A stretch of DNA of 64,000 nt from Monocercomonoides exilis PA203 (lineage: Eukaryota; Protista; Preaxostyla): assembly GCA_001643675.2 (NCBI GenBank), contig LSRY02000030.1, positions 434,001 to 498,000 on the forward strand, given 5' to 3'. A program made the translations under genes and the position numbers. Positions 21,465 through 36,020 of this stretch are shown one piece after another. Position 1 is the stretch's first letter; each line of letters begins with the position of its first letter. The notes beneath the pieces are model-generated. The model had not been told where the DNA came from. It was given only the letters and a program-made list of their open reading frames with translations, and did not search any database.

Positions 21465-22937
21465 GAGGCATCTTCTACAGAAAAATTGAAAGGCATTATT
21501 TTCTTATCGAACTTGTGAAAATTTTTAAGTTGGTTTTTTGAATGCAGAACTTTTATTTGAATTGACAAGCTGTTCTTTTGCTTATCAATATCAGAAAATG
21601 GCTGAAATAGATGATTTATTCAAAGAGATGGACGAATATGAATTGGAATTGGTTCTTTCTAAAGAAATATTCGAAGAAATTAACAAAATGATCGAAAAAA
21701 AGAAATTGTCCAACCATGGTGTCATTTTGCTGTTGAAATATGTGGGATATTGGAAAGATCTCAGACATTTGTGGATTCCAAAGTTAATAGTATCTTCCTT
21801 AATTGAAATGCTTGAAAAGATGATTCTTAATAAAGAACATGAAAAAGAAGAAGAAAACGATAAACTTTCAGTTGATCTTTGCACATGTAACTTGTTATTT
21901 TTCGATTTTGATCATCTTTTGAAATAGAGATTTTATTCTATATGCGTTCCTCTAATTCTAAACTTTGTCCTGGTAAAAGGAAAAGTTGTGGATGAACAAA
22001 AAGAAGTAGAGCTATCTCTTATGACACTTAGTTACATTCCAGAAAACTATGTGTGAAAACAACATGCAAGAATATTTTTTTGAATGAGTTTTTATTTTAT
22101 TTTTTATTTTTTATTTAATAGTTTTCTTTTTCTTCTCTTTTCTATTTTTTTCTTTTTTTTTTTTCTTTTTTTTTATTTCTTATTTTCTCGAAGTCCTTGA
22201 ATAGAGAGTTGTATCTGGACAAAATAATTGCATTCGTCAAGTATCATCAGGATCACCGCAACCTCTCTTCGCTTGCCTATTCATCAATTTGGTTGTTTCG
22301 CACGCATAGATATTTCAATGATGATGATATAGGAAATTCTGTAATGAAAGAATTGCATTTTGTGGAGGATTCATTGAAAGAATTAGAAATGCTCGAAATG
22401 CGCATTGATTGGAAGAAAAAGACAAATGAGTTAAGGAAAATGAAAGAAATATTTTCGATAAAGGAGTGGATAAATGTTCTGGAATTGTATTATATCTACA
22501 GCAATATGAGAAATGAAGAATGTGAAGGGCTGGTCTCACAAGTTTTTCATCTGTGCAGAAATTCAAAAGATAATTGCATATACCTGATTGTTGCTTGCAT
22601 TCGTCTTGTAAAAACAATGATTAAAATAAACGAATCATTTACTGATGATTTATTCGGTTGCGGTGCTGTAACGTTAATGCTGAATGAAGTGTGCCATTCG
22701 AACTTGGGGAGAGCTGTTGCATATCAATGCTTGAGTTGTTTACATATTGTTGCAAGAAAATTGAATGAGAAAGCAAAAGATGAATCAACTGATAAATGGA
22801 CAGTTTTGAAAAGAATGATTTTTGAAATAATGGAAGAAGATGGATATGACGATATCATTTTCAGCTTTCACAAAATATTGATCTTTGAAATGAAAAATTT
22901 TGAATTATCATCAAATTGTGAAGATTATTTTTTTTAA
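21465..22937 (+). pseudogene. Probable pseudogene of a helical hypothetical-protein family
   Basis: The reading frame continues through an in-frame TAG at 21925-21927. A GT-AG intron at 22051-22193 joins it in frame to ORF 22197-22937. A possible GC-AG intron lies at 21493-21547. No clear start codon. Confidence 0.6.
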
Positions 22938-23660
22938 TCTCTAATGTTGATGGGAAAAAGCAATGCAAAGATTGTTGTTAGAAAGTTTCAAGTAATTTCT
23001 TGAGTAATTTGCTTTTGCTTCAATTGAAGAATGTAAATTCAATTAAAAAAGTTTGTTCTGTTTTAATAGATTGTTGCTTTTACCATTATTGATGTGATAT
23101 TAAAAACTTAAAAAAAACGGTTTGTAAATTCAAATTACAAAAGAAATTCATGTGACTTAATAAATAGAACCAGCCATTAGAACATCTGTGCCTCGTCTTC
23201 AATTCAACAAAAACGATAAAGACAAATCTATTTTTAAAATCATTAGACTAATTCTCTCCTTTTTTCATAACATAAAACTAAAAGCGCAAATAACTATTAC
23301 TACACAGTAGAATTTTTTTAAAGAAAATGAATAACAAAAAAATAATGTAATATTACCCAGAAACAATTGAAACAAAATAGAATTGAAAAAGAAAAGTTAA
23401 ATGCTTGTCAAAATCCATTTATTGTAAACCAAACATTTGGCCAAGCACAAACATCAAAAACAACAGTTGATCAGTCGATGCAATATTTTGTAAGATGCTT
23501 TTGCAGGTGTTGCAAGTCTAACACTTGGTTGAAACGAAAGTTAATTTATTAAAATAAAGAAATTCCAAAAAAAACAATAATAAAAACACTCTAAAAAAAC
23601 ATTCTTGGAGCTCATAATCAAAATATTCACAATCATTCTTCGAATATCTCTCATAACTTT

Positions 23661-26600
23661 CTACAGCAACTTTTTGCTTTTTGCTTGCTCCATGACAATC
23701 CTTTCATTTTCATCAACACACATCCGGAAAAAGCTCACAAACGAGTGCGCTGTCTCCACATCTAAGAACCGAAGGATCATTGCCTGCGACAAATCCAACG
23801 AAAATGCCTCTCCTGCAGAAGACGTCAGCGGAAGCGAGAAAAGCGCCACTTCACAAGGCGAGCAGCCTGTTTGGACCAAACAAGAATGTTTAAGAGAAAC
23901 ATTCTGCAGATCGCTTCTGGATTCTTCTTGTGCAGGAGCTTCTTCGCTTTCACTGGATTGGGTGTTATGTGGAGATGACTGAGAACTCTCGTTTGTTTGT
24001 GCGTTGTCAGTTCGGAAATCAGAAAGCAATTTTCGCACTTCAACAGACAAATAGTCAACAAGAGGACGAGATTTCGTAACTTGTGTTCGCAAGAATGCAT
24101 AGGGAGCCATGCTATGAGCAAGAGAATTAAGAGATGACAACAGAGAACTTGAGCGAACCGCAACAGAAGAAGAAGAAGAAGAAGAAGAAGAAGAAGAATA
24201 ACCAGAAAGTCCATTTGGAGATGCTCGCAATGGCAACTCTGCCTTAGTGTTCTTTGTCTTTTTCGCATTCTTTTTGACATCTTCAGATGAAGATGAAGCA
24301 TTCGAAGCAGAATGTAACTCTGAGTTTTTAGCAGAAATTGCCCCTGATTGCCTTGCAACAGCAGAAGGAGAAAATGAAATCAGTTTCTGTTCCAACTGGT
24401 AGAGTGTGCTTCGTGTCAGCGCAATGACAATCCTTTTCGGCTTTTCGACTTTGTTTTCGGGTGATGGGATGAGCCAGCAAACAGAATGAAACACGACACG
24501 CTCATAGAAAGGAAGGGGAGTGGAAAGCAACTTGAATAGATTAGGCAACGAAGCATGTTTAGACACTGCATCTTGTGAAGGAGAGGAGATGCACATTGAA
24601 ACAGCAGAAGCAACGCTAGACGAGTTTGGTTGGCGCGAATGCAAAACTACACCAGATGTCTGTCTTGCCCCTGTCTGAGGATAAGCAGGAGTCGGAGAGG
24701 AAGCTGAGGGTGGAAGCAGGACTGCTCCTGTTGTTGTTGATGATGATGATAAAGGAGAAACAGACATATTTGAAACAGAGTTGAACACAGACTGTGTCTG
24801 GACTGAGTCCAAGACAGAGGAAACAGAATACAACTGGATGGCTGTGGAGACTGAATTGTCAAGCAGCACGTTGAATGGGCAGCTGGGAATCATCTCAGAA
24901 CAGAGAGAGAGGAATGCCTCTGCCAACGAAGACATCTGACTAGATGAGTTTGACTCAAAAAGAAGATTAGCCCGCAATGGAGAAGACAATGAGTGCGAAG
25001 CATCAGCATTTCCATAGGAGATTTGGTGAGAATCTGAATCCCTTTGAGTCTGTGAATACATCTCAGATGATAGTGCATATTGTAACTCCTCCAACACATC
25101 TTCTCCTTGCACCTCCAACGTTATCTGCTGGAATCCTGGGTCAATTGCAACACTCACAAGCGATGAATAAGGAATGAAGAAATGCTGGTAATTGATAGCA
25201 TCGTCCATAAAGCTTGCTATTTCTGCCTTTGTGATTGAATACACAGACAAGTCAGTGAATGGCGAGGCGTCGTTTTTCTCTTCAGCAACAGCGCCTTTCG
25301 TGATAGGCTGATACGAATGTGTGTTTGCATTCATCTGCTCGCTCTTTGGCAGCTGCCTCGAGCGAATCAGATTCTGTCCATTCGAATAATTCCTATCAAC
25401 TTCTGCATTCTCCTTTCTTTCGTGCCTCTTCACAACCAAAAACACACCTCCAGTTGTTAACAACAGCCAGCACAGGAACGGACTCAGTGGATTAGCTGAT
25501 TGGAAGAAAGAGGAAATGCGGCAAGAGGAAAGAGAGGTAGCAGAAGCAGATGAGAACAGAGAGGAGAGGAAGCCCACACTAGAAGAGAGAACATGAGAAT
25601 AGCACAGGGAATTGCTGTCTGTGGGAATGTTCATGAAGCATTTGAATGAAGAGTGCAGGTAAATGTCTTTGTTGTTTGCTTCATTTGCATTCATTGTGTT
25701 TGTAGTTTGTTTCATTCTTTCGTTCTCTTTGGAAGTGATTCTCTCGATTTTCTCGCTCTTTTCCTTCTTCTTCTCTTCTTTCCCTTTCTTCTTATCCTTT
25801 TCCTTCTCCTTTTCATTCTGTTTAGCTGTTGATTGAGATAATTCCATTTCTCTTTGTTCAATTAACTTCTGCTCAGCCATCTTTTTAGCATTCGCTTCCT
25901 TCTTTCTTTTCTCTGCTAATCCTTCCACAATCTTCGCAATAGCTTCTCTTTCTCTTGTCTTATAGTCAATCTCCCACAAGAAGTCTTCGTCTAACTGAAT
26001 TTGCTGAAGAGGCAGAGAAGAAGAATAAGATGATGATGATGATGATGATGAAACAGCTGTGGAAGATGATGCTTGGTTGCCAGTAGAATCAGATTGTGAA
26101 TTAGAAGGAGGAGGCGGAGGTGGTGGAGAAGAGGAAGCAGAAGCAGATGAAGATGTTGATGAAGCTGAATCTTCAGTTACTTTAGAATATGCATTTTCAT
26201 TATTTGACGAGGAAGAGGAAGAGGAAGAGGAAGATGATGATGATGATTGTTCGGGAGCGGGAGAAGGTGAAGGTGGTGGAGGAGGTGTTGAAGGCGGTGG
26301 AGGAGTAGAAATAAACTCAGAAATTGTCTTTTCATTTGCATTTGATGAATTTGAAGAAGAAACACTTGAAGAAGAAGAAGAAGAAGAAGAAGGCTCTCTT
26401 TGTTCAACAGTCTTATCAGCCATAGGTGTCATAATAGCAGATTCTGGTAATGCTCCATCCATCTTCTGCACTCCTTCTTCATTCAATGGCAAGTCTTCAA
26501 TCAGAGAAGGATGCGTCTCTTCAGCCACAAGAAGACTATTTTCACATTTTTCTATGCATTTTCTGATAAATTTAGCGTTTTCCTTGTTAATTTCAGCGAT

Positions 26601-29600
26601 TTGCCCCAAAATGCTTCTGAACAAAGAGAAAGATGAATGAATTCTTTTGTGCTCTTTGAGGAGCATCAGCTCAGAAACGCTGCGATGTTTGAGGAAAAAG
26701 GAAGGGAGGGAAGAATAACAAGAGAGAAGAGACTGGTTGGAGGTGGAAGAGAGAAGAAGGGAGTAGAGATCAGAATGGAATATGGAATTAGATAAAAGAG
26801 AAGAGGAAGAGGAAGAAGAAGGAGAAGAAGAAGAAGAAGAAGAAGAAGAAGAAGAAGAGAAAGAAAGCGGAGAAGGAGACAAAGGAACAGATGGATTGAG
26901 ACTGAAAGAGGAAGAGGTTGATGAAGGAGGCGAGTGTCTATTGGGAGATAATGGAGATAGCTGCATGTATCCAAATGGAGAAGGAATGAGAGAAGAATGC
27001 GAAGGAGCATAAGAAGAGACAGAAGACACAGCAGAAGTGCGGGAAAGCATCGGATTGAGTGAGCGAGCGGTGGAAGAAGCAGCAGAAGCAGTGGAAGAGA
27101 GAGAGAAACCAGAAAAACTGACAATATTTGTGGTGTTTGTGAGGTTTGTGATGTTTGTGGCATTGGAAACAACGGAAGACAAAGAGGGGGTGGCATATCT
27201 GCTGAGCACATCGTGTTCAACCAGCATGAATTCTCTTGGATTATCAGAAGAGGAGGAGGAAGAAGAAGAAGAAGAAGATATCTTCATGTTATTTTCATCA
27301 TCTGCATTGCCCAACTGTTCAGAAAGAGGCAGAGAATACGAAGAAGAAGAGGAATGAGCCATTTTGTGGTATTCTCTCACCAAAAGCACCACAATCAAGT
27401 TGATTGTCCTTTCATTGAACAGAAATCGTGTCAATTCGCTTCGAAAGACTTTGCCGGCAAGTTTTTTGCTTTTGTGGGTGAAAGAAGGAGAGGAGGCGAA
27501 GAGAGGAATTATTGAGGGAAGTTTAGGAATATAATTAGCAAGAGAAGAAGAGGAAGAAGAAGAAGATAATGAAGAGGAAGAAGAAGAGGAAGAAAGAGGA
27601 GAAGATGGAGAGAAAGAAGAAGAAGAAGAAATGTTCTTTCTAGGTGAAGGGAGAGGAGAAGCAAGAGAATTCTGTGAAGAAAGCAAAGGAGAAGAGTAAA
27701 GAAGTCTTGAATGGGGCAATAAAGACATAGAGTGTTTCTTTATCTGCTTCTGCAGTTTTGGCAGAGGATTAAACGAATAAAGAGGAAGAGAATTAACAAG
27801 AGACAAGACTGAATGAAGTGTTTTCATTGAGAAATCGATTAAACCAGACAAAACAGAATCTGTTAGACGGCAGAGGGAAGAAGAGATGAAAGGATGAGTG
27901 AAGGGAGAAGAAGGAGAGAAGAGGAAGAGAGTGTTGGAGAGAGAAGAATTGTACTTCCAGATTTGACAGAAGGGAGAAGAAGATGAAGAAGAAGAATTTG
28001 AAGTTGATGATGATGATGATGAAAATGACAAAGGAACCGAATTTTCTTCGTCTTTAAATGCTTCTGTTGAATCTGGCTTTGTTTGAACAGAGTATGATGT
28101 GTCAAACACTGAATGGGGGATTAATTGTGAAAGGCAGTCCAATATAGGACGAATAGAACATGCAACAATTGTCAAAAGGAGAAGCTCTTGTTTTAGAGAG
28201 GAAGGAGGAGGAGGTACAATAACAAATGAATGTGAGGATAGGGAAGAAGAGGAGGAGGAGGGGGAAGAGGAAGGTGAAAAAGAAGAGGAGGAAGAAGAAG
28301 AAGATAAAGAAGTGGAAGAATGAGAAGAAGAAGAAGCAATAGAATTCATTTGCAAGTGCATTTGATGAGATTGCTGAGATGTCCAACTGACAGGATTATC
28401 ATTCACTCCAATGTCATCATACACAGGAACATTCATCTTATCTGTCAGAAATGAAGAAGAGGAAGAGGAAGAAGCAGAAAGAGAAGAAGAAAGAGAAGAA
28501 GGCAAAGAATGATTATTAAACTCATTAGCATTTGCATAAGAATTAGAATTCGTATTTGAATTAGCATAAATGTTAATGCCAATATTTGCATTAGAATTGC
28601 TCTTCTGCATAAATCCATCTCCCACCTGATACAATCCATTGTCATTCATTGAAGAAGAAGAAGAAGAAGATAATGATAATAATGAAGAGGAAGATAAAGA
28701 TGATTTATAAATCCAATTTTCATTCCCTTCAAACATCACATCAGCATCATCCACACCATTTTTCTCTCTCTGCTTCATCTCAGCAACTGAAAGAGGAAGA
28801 AGAGAAGAGAAGAGAGAAAGACACAAATTTACGTTCACAATATGCTCATTGCTCAGTTCTTTGAATGGAGGAGATTGAAGTTGTTGATTGGAATTAGGAT
28901 TGTTTTGAATGGAATTATCAGAAGAAGAAGTCGATGTTCTTGTATCATTTCTATCTATTTTATCTTCTTCTCTCCTTCTTTTCCCTTCCTCTTTCCTCTT
29001 TTCTTCCTCTCTCTTCTCTTCTCCACGTGAATCACAAACATCAAATCCATTCTGCACAATAACAGCAGACAATAAAGAGAAGAACAGAGGTGTTCGAAGA
29101 GAATCTCTTATTCTCAGCTGAAGAGAAGGAGAAGAATAAGAGAGAAGAGAAATGATTGTGCGAAGAGTTAGTTCTGTCTCCATTCCAATGGGAGAGAAGG
29201 GGAGAGTGGTGATGGGGAGGGATAAAGTGAAGGAAGAAGGAGAAGAAGAATGAAGACAATGAGAATGGGTAGAAGAAATATGTGATGATGGATATAAAGA
29301 TAAGCATTTATTTGTACGTTTTGTGTAGAAATAAGGAGATTTATGCATATTTGAATGGAACAATTGAGTAAAATCAGAAAATTTTGAATTTTTTCCTCTT
29401 TTTTCATCAAAAACCCCACAAATCTTTGGCAATTCATTCAAATTTCCATCAAATTTATTGTTTTCTCTCTTCAATTTTTGAGGCAATTTCATCTGATTCA
29501 CCGAAGAAAGAAAAGCAAAAGGAGAAGTTTCAACAGAAGAAGGGAGTGGAAGATCAACAGCAAGTTGTCTATTGTTCGTGGGAACTTCGAATGAAGAGGA

Positions 29601-32600
29601 AGGAAAATACAATTTGGAAGAAGGCGAAGAGAAGAATGTGTTGGAATATCTGTCGCAAAAGAGAAATTGTTGAGAAGAAGATGATGAGGAAGAGGAAGAG
29701 GAAGATGATAAAGAGGAAGAAGATGATGATGCTAACATAGAATAAGCATTCAACGTATCATTCTTCAATCTCTCAAACTCTGTTTTCTTCTTCTCCTCCG
29801 CCCTTTCAACAGCATTTGCCCACAAACACCACATTTTCTGGACGAAAAATGAGAGGAAGAAATGTCCATTGAATCCGTTCATTTTGAACACATCATCCGG
29901 AAGCAGCTGATGATTAGCCTGAAGTTCATCGTTTGTTGGGAGCATCTTGCGGACAATGCATTTGTTGAGAGAGGAGAAGGAAAGAAAATAAGAAGAAGAT
30001 GATGATGATGAAGGCATCTGAATATACACTTCATCTTCGAAATAGATCGAAGGTGAAGACAAAAGCTGTGATGGAATTGAGCACATCAAACGTATCTTCT
30101 CATCTTCATCTTGAATGTCTTGAATGTTTGCTAGCAAATCTTCTTGACTCTTCATCTGCTCTTCATACGCATTTTCTTTTAGTTCTTCTTTGTATAACTT
30201 TTTGGTTATTTCATTATCATTATAATGTTCTTCTTTTCCCTTTCCTTCACTTCCTTCTTTCTCCTCCTTCTCCTTCTCCCTCTCTTCCTCATTCATCGTA
30301 TTCCTTCCTCTTTTATTTGCTTGCACATGCTGTTCAAACCAGAAAGGATGAGTGAAGAAGGAAAGATGCTTCACAATTAGATCTAATCCATTCATTGGAA
30401 GAAGAGCAAAAGATGGATGAATTTGAGGTTGTGCACCAATCATTGAAGAAGAAGAAGGAGAAGAGAAAGAGGAAGAATATAAATCTGTTGAGAAGGTATT
30501 TGATGTTTGAGCAAACTTTTGTAAGAAAGAAGAAGTTGAAGTAAAAAGAGGAGGAAAACGAGAAGAAAGAGAAGCAAAATTGCTCATGAAAAGCGATGGT
30601 TGCTTCAAATTACTCTCAAAATACTTCACATTCCCATTAGCATTTCCATTTGCATTTGTACTAATATTCCCGCTTCCATTCCTTTCTCTCTTCCCTTCCT
30701 TCATTGCATTCACATTCGAATTCACATTCACATTCATATTCATCTCATTCACTCCATTCACTCCATTCACACCATTAACCCCTCCTCTATTCCCACTTCC
30801 TCCATAAACATCTCCCCATACAACTCCACTCCTCTTGATCTTCACAGGCACATTGAATGAAACATCCCTCAACACATTTGGCTGCCAATTCACACCCACA
30901 AACATGTCATCTCCGAATGTTGCCTCGAAAGAGAATGGATTGTCCCCTACAACAAGATAGCGCTTGCGTCTTCTGCAGTCAGATTCAAAGAGACTGCTGG
31001 TGAAGTCAGTGCTCAAGGAGGAGAAGGAGGAAGAGGAAGAAAAGGATGAGGAGGAGGAGGAGGAGGAGGAAGATAATGAATAAGGCATTATTGAGCTATT
31101 GGAATCTTCAATTCTACTTATTTCTTCATTTCCATCATCATCTTCCTCTCCTCCATTTTCTCCTCCATTTTCTCCGCTCCCTTCTCCTTCCATCTGAATC
31201 CTGCTCCACCCATCCCTCTTCGCAGTGTACAGCAAAGAGCTTATTCTCAACATGATTCTCTGTGAAACCGCACTCACTGGAGGCAGATAAGCCAGTGAAG
31301 ATAACAGAAACCTCATATCCTTGCCAATCAGCGTCTCCTCCACAAAGAAAGTGGAAAGGCCTCCGTTGAATGCCTCATTCACGAGCATCTGGATGACCAC
31401 AGGGGAAAGTGTTTGATAGGTGGCAGTGAGGCTGAAGGAAGAAGGAAGAGAAGAAGAAGAAATACTTCCTCTATTTCTTCTTCCATTAATTCTTGCTCCT
31501 TCTTCTTCTAATTGATTATTATCTTCTCCATTCCCCTTCATCATCTTCGCCATCAACGCTTTGTTATTATTGCACTGCAACTTCCTCTTCTTGTTCCATT
31601 CTGCAATGTGATTGTATCTCTCAACAGAAGAGAGCAAATTGAAGGCTGATGCCCAGATGTTTATGTTCTGCTTGATTGGAAGAGGAGAAAGAGGAAACTT
31701 TGGAACAACTGCAGAGGCACTGGATTGGGTTGAAGAAAGAGGGAGAGAAGAGAGGAAAGCGAGGAGGATTTGGTGAGGGGTGAAGGAAGAGGAAGGAAAA
31801 GAAGAAGAAGAGGAAGAAGAAGAGGAAGAAGAATTTGGAGAGAGAAAAGGAAGAGAAGGAGAAGGAAAGACGGAAGGAGAGGAAGAAGAGGGGAAGGAAG
31901 ATAAAGGAGAACAGTTTGGTGACAGTGTGATGGTGAAATTCTGAGAAGGAGTTGAAGTGAGTTGAAGTTGAGAAGAGGAAGATGAAGAGGAGGAGGAAGA
32001 GGATGAAGGAGAAGAAGATGATGAAAGAGAAGGAGAAGGAGAAGAAGGAGAAAGAGGAAGAGAGGAAGAGGAAGGAGAAGAAGGAGAAAGTGTTGGTGAA
32101 TGATTGGGAGTGGAGGAAGGAGTTGAGATGCCAGCAAATGCCGAAACAGAAAGAGAAGAAGAAGAAGCAGAGGAAGATAATGAAGAAGAGGAAGAAGAAG
32201 AAGAAAGAGAAGAAGAAGAAGAGGATGAGGAAGAAGAGGAAGAAGAAGATGGGATAAGAAGAGCAGATGAAGAAGAACAAGGTGAAAGATGAGGGGTGAC
32301 ATCATAGTTTGAGAGTTCATCAGAAGAAGTAGAGGAGGAGGAAGGAGAACATAAGGAAGAAGAAGATGATGATGATGAAAGAGAGAAAGAAGAAGAATCA
32401 GAAGAAGATGAGGAAGAAGAAGAAGAAGAAGAAGAAGAATATTGTTGGTTCACAAACAAAACATCACCTTTTCGTCGTGTGTTTATTTCGAGTGCAGAAA
32501 GAACAAGAGGAAGAGATTGATCGATTAGAGAGCGAATAATGTTGGTGCTATTGGAAGCATTGGAAGAAGAGAGAGAAGAAGAAGAAGAGGAAGAAGACAA

Positions 32601-35600
32601 TGATGAATGATAAGGCTGATGAGAAGAGATGAGGCGAGTGAAGATGTGAATGCAACCAGATATGGCTGAGTCACAACGGAGCGAAAGCGCATGGAGAAAA
32701 TGATACTGCAAATGGAGATATTTTGGAATGTGGTGGAAGAAGAAGAGGGGAGGAGAAGAATTGGAATGTTTGGAGAGAGAATTTTGAGAGGGAGAAGAAG
32801 AAGAAGAAGAAGAAGAAATATGTTCTTTCATTTCTTCTTCTTTCTCTTCTTTCTCTTCTTCTTTCATCATTTTATTTCCTCTTCTATTCTTCTTCTTTTC
32901 TATCAGCTCATTCAAAACCTCCAACACATCGTTCATTTCAAACACATTTGTTGGTAGTGTTTCATCCACTGAATTAAACCCAACATCACAATATTCCTTC
33001 CAATAATCGAATTCTTCTTCTTTTTCATTTTCTTCTTCTTCTTTCATTTTATCTTCCGTTTTTCTTTCTGCTTCTTTGTTATTATTCCCTTCTCTTTCTC
33101 TTTCTCCTTCACTTCCAATCTTCCCCTGCTTATCATTCCATTCATTCTTCAGTCTATTTGAACTCGCCACAATTGCTGATCCTCTTCTCAAATGTCTTCC
33201 TTCTTCTCCTCCTTCTCTTTCTTCTCTCTCTTTCTCTCTTTCTCTTTCTCTTTCTTCTTTCTCTCCTTCTCTCCCTTCCAATCCATCATTCAACATGTTA
33301 TTCCCACTGCTATTAACACCAGAAACAGGAGCAGAAGCAGAAATAGAAACAGAATTTGAGCTTGAATGATAACAGGAATTATTACTTGAACTAGAAACAG
33401 AATTAAATCCAGAGTTATAACCAGAAACAGAGCCATATCCGAACGAAAGTGGGTTTCTATGCAAACAATGGAATGGCTGAAGAAGCGAAAGAGAAGCAGA
33501 AAAACAGCTGAAAAGTTGATTTCTTTGCGACTGCTGAGAAACAAGATGAGAAAAAGAAGTCAGAATTTCGAACAATTTTGGCTGGAAACGATGGAGTTGG
33601 GAGTGGAAGAAGGAGGAAGAGAAGAGAGGGAGAGAGGAGGAGAGGAGGAGATGGAGAGAGAAGGAAGGGAGAGAAGAAAGAGGAGAAGAAGATGATGATA
33701 ATGAAATTCCAATGTCTTTTTCTTTCACACCTTCATTAGATTTATTAGAAGATGAAATAATTGAAGAAGAAGAAGAAATTGAAGAAGAAGAATTATGAGA
33801 AGTTTTTTCCATTTTAATGCAGCTAAACATCCTATTCAGTGCAAAAGCAGGGGGAGAAAGATACAAATGGAAGATGAACGGGGAAGATAAATCGCACAGA
33901 TGATGATGGATGTGAAGAGAAGAGAAAGAAGAGAAGAGGAAAGTATAGAGAAGCTTGAGAGTGAGGGAAGTGAGGGTGATGTGGAGATGAGAGAGAGAGG
34001 AGAGGGAAGAGAGAGAGGAGAAGGAGAGAGAAGGAGATTTGGGGGAGATGAAGGAAATGGATGAAGAAGAAGAAGAAGATGATGATGATGATGAAGGATT
34101 AGAAGAAGAAGAAGGAGAGGAAGAAGAGGAAGAAGATGATGATGATGAAGCAAGTAATGATAACAATGAAGATGAATTGAAAGAAGAATTAGGAGAAGCA
34201 AAATCCTTTGAGGAAATAAGTGAGCCTATTGGGAGAGAAAAAGAAACAGGAGAAGGAAGAGAAGGAAGAGAAGATGAGGAGGAAGAAGAAGAAGAAGAAG
34301 AAGAAGACAACACAAAAGATCCATAATTATTTCCCTTCTTCTCTGCATAGCAACCATTTCTTCCAACTCCATAGAGTAAATAGAGAAGAGCGAAGTACAA
34401 CTTCAAAGAATGTGTTTGTTCGAAGAGTTTGACGAGGAATGAACGAGAAAGCAGAGAAGATACAGAAAGAGAGAGGAGAAGGTGGAGGGCGAAGGAGGAA
34501 GAGGCGAGGAGAGGGAGGAAGAAGGGGAGAGGAAGAGAAGAAGGGTAGAGAAGAGGAGAAGAGGAGGAGGAAGAAGAAGAAGGTGAAGAAATTGAAGAAG
34601 GAGAAGGAAAAGAGGAAGAGGAGGGAGGAAAAGAAGAAGAAGGCAATTCTGTTTTTGATCGAATATGAGAAGAAGATCTGTTAGAAGAAGAGGATAAATG
34701 AGGAAGAGGAGAGAAAGGAGAAGAAGAAGGAGAAGAAGAAGAAAGAGAAGAAGAAAGAGAAGAAGAAAGAGAAGAAGAAAGAGAAGAAGAAAGAGGAGGA
34801 GGTTGAAGATGAATGTTTTGTATGCCAATCCATTTGAGATGGAGGTTGAAGACACAAATGATAGATTGGAAATAAGAAGAATAAATAGAAGAAGAAGAAG
34901 GAGAAGGAGAAGAAGGGGAGGAGGAGGAAAAGGAAGAGGAAAAGGAAGAAGACGAACGAGAAGAAGGAGAAGAGGAAGAAGAAAGAGGAGAAGAATTCAT
35001 GATTTCATTGAAGAGTTTTGTGTTTTGAATGAAAGGAGGAACGGAAAACAAGTTTAATGGCTTAATTTTAGCAAAACGAGAAGAAAATGAAGAAGAAGAG
35101 GAAGAAGAGGAAGAGGAAGAGGAAGAAGAAGAAGGAAACGAAGAAGAACGAAGAGAAGAAGAAGAATTGAATGAAGAAAGATGAGGTTTTGAGGAAGAGG
35201 AAGAAGAAGATGATGATGATGAAGGAGAGGAAGAAGGAGAAAGAGAAGAAGAGAGGGAGGTGATATCAAGAGGAGTTGGTTTGTGAAGAGATAAAGTGGA
35301 TGAAGAAGAAGAAGAGGAGGAAGAAGAAGGAGAAGAAGAAGATGATGATGATGATGATGATGAAATAGGAGAAGAGGTGGAGGAAGAAGAAGAAGAATTG
35401 ATGTCTGTTGAGTTTTGTTTGGCTGGTGATATGTATGGAGTGTTTAGAGCATTGTTCATTGAAGAAGAAGGAGAAGGAGAAGAAACTGGAGAAGAGGAAG
35501 AGGAAGAAGAAGAAGAAGAGGAAGAAGAAGAAGAAGAAAGAGAAGACAATGCAGGATCATCATAATCATTGATTGAAGAAAGAGAAGAAAGAGAAGAAAG

Positions 35601-35981
35601 AGAAGGATCAAAAGTGGAGAGAGAAGTGATGAAGACAGAAATAAGAGATTGAGTGTTGACAAGAAGAGGAAGTAGAGAAGAATGAACAAGAAGAGAAGAA
35701 GAAGGAGAAGAAGAAGAAGATGATGATGATGATAAAGGAGAAGGAGAGGAAGAAGAAGAGGAGGAGGAAGAAGAAGAAGAAGAAGACAAAACGAAAGAAG
35801 GAGAAGGAGAAGAGAGAGAAGGAGAATGAAAAGGTGAAGGTTTTTGAGTTTTCTTCAGCAATTTTGCGTTTTTTTCTTCATTTTTCTTTCTTTTTTTCTC
35901 TTCTTCTCTTTCTTTTTTGGATAATGCTGCTAATTCTTTTGAATTAGGCTTCATAGAAGAAGAGGAGGAAGAGGAAGAGGA

Positions 35982-36020
<39 letters not shown>

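Noticed and set aside
21925-21927. In-frame TAG as evidence for TAR=Gln reassignment (known in some oxymonads)
   Set aside because: rps20 and ilvE end at TAA at the expected positions, and the long genes contain no in-frame TAA/TAG, so the standard code applies.
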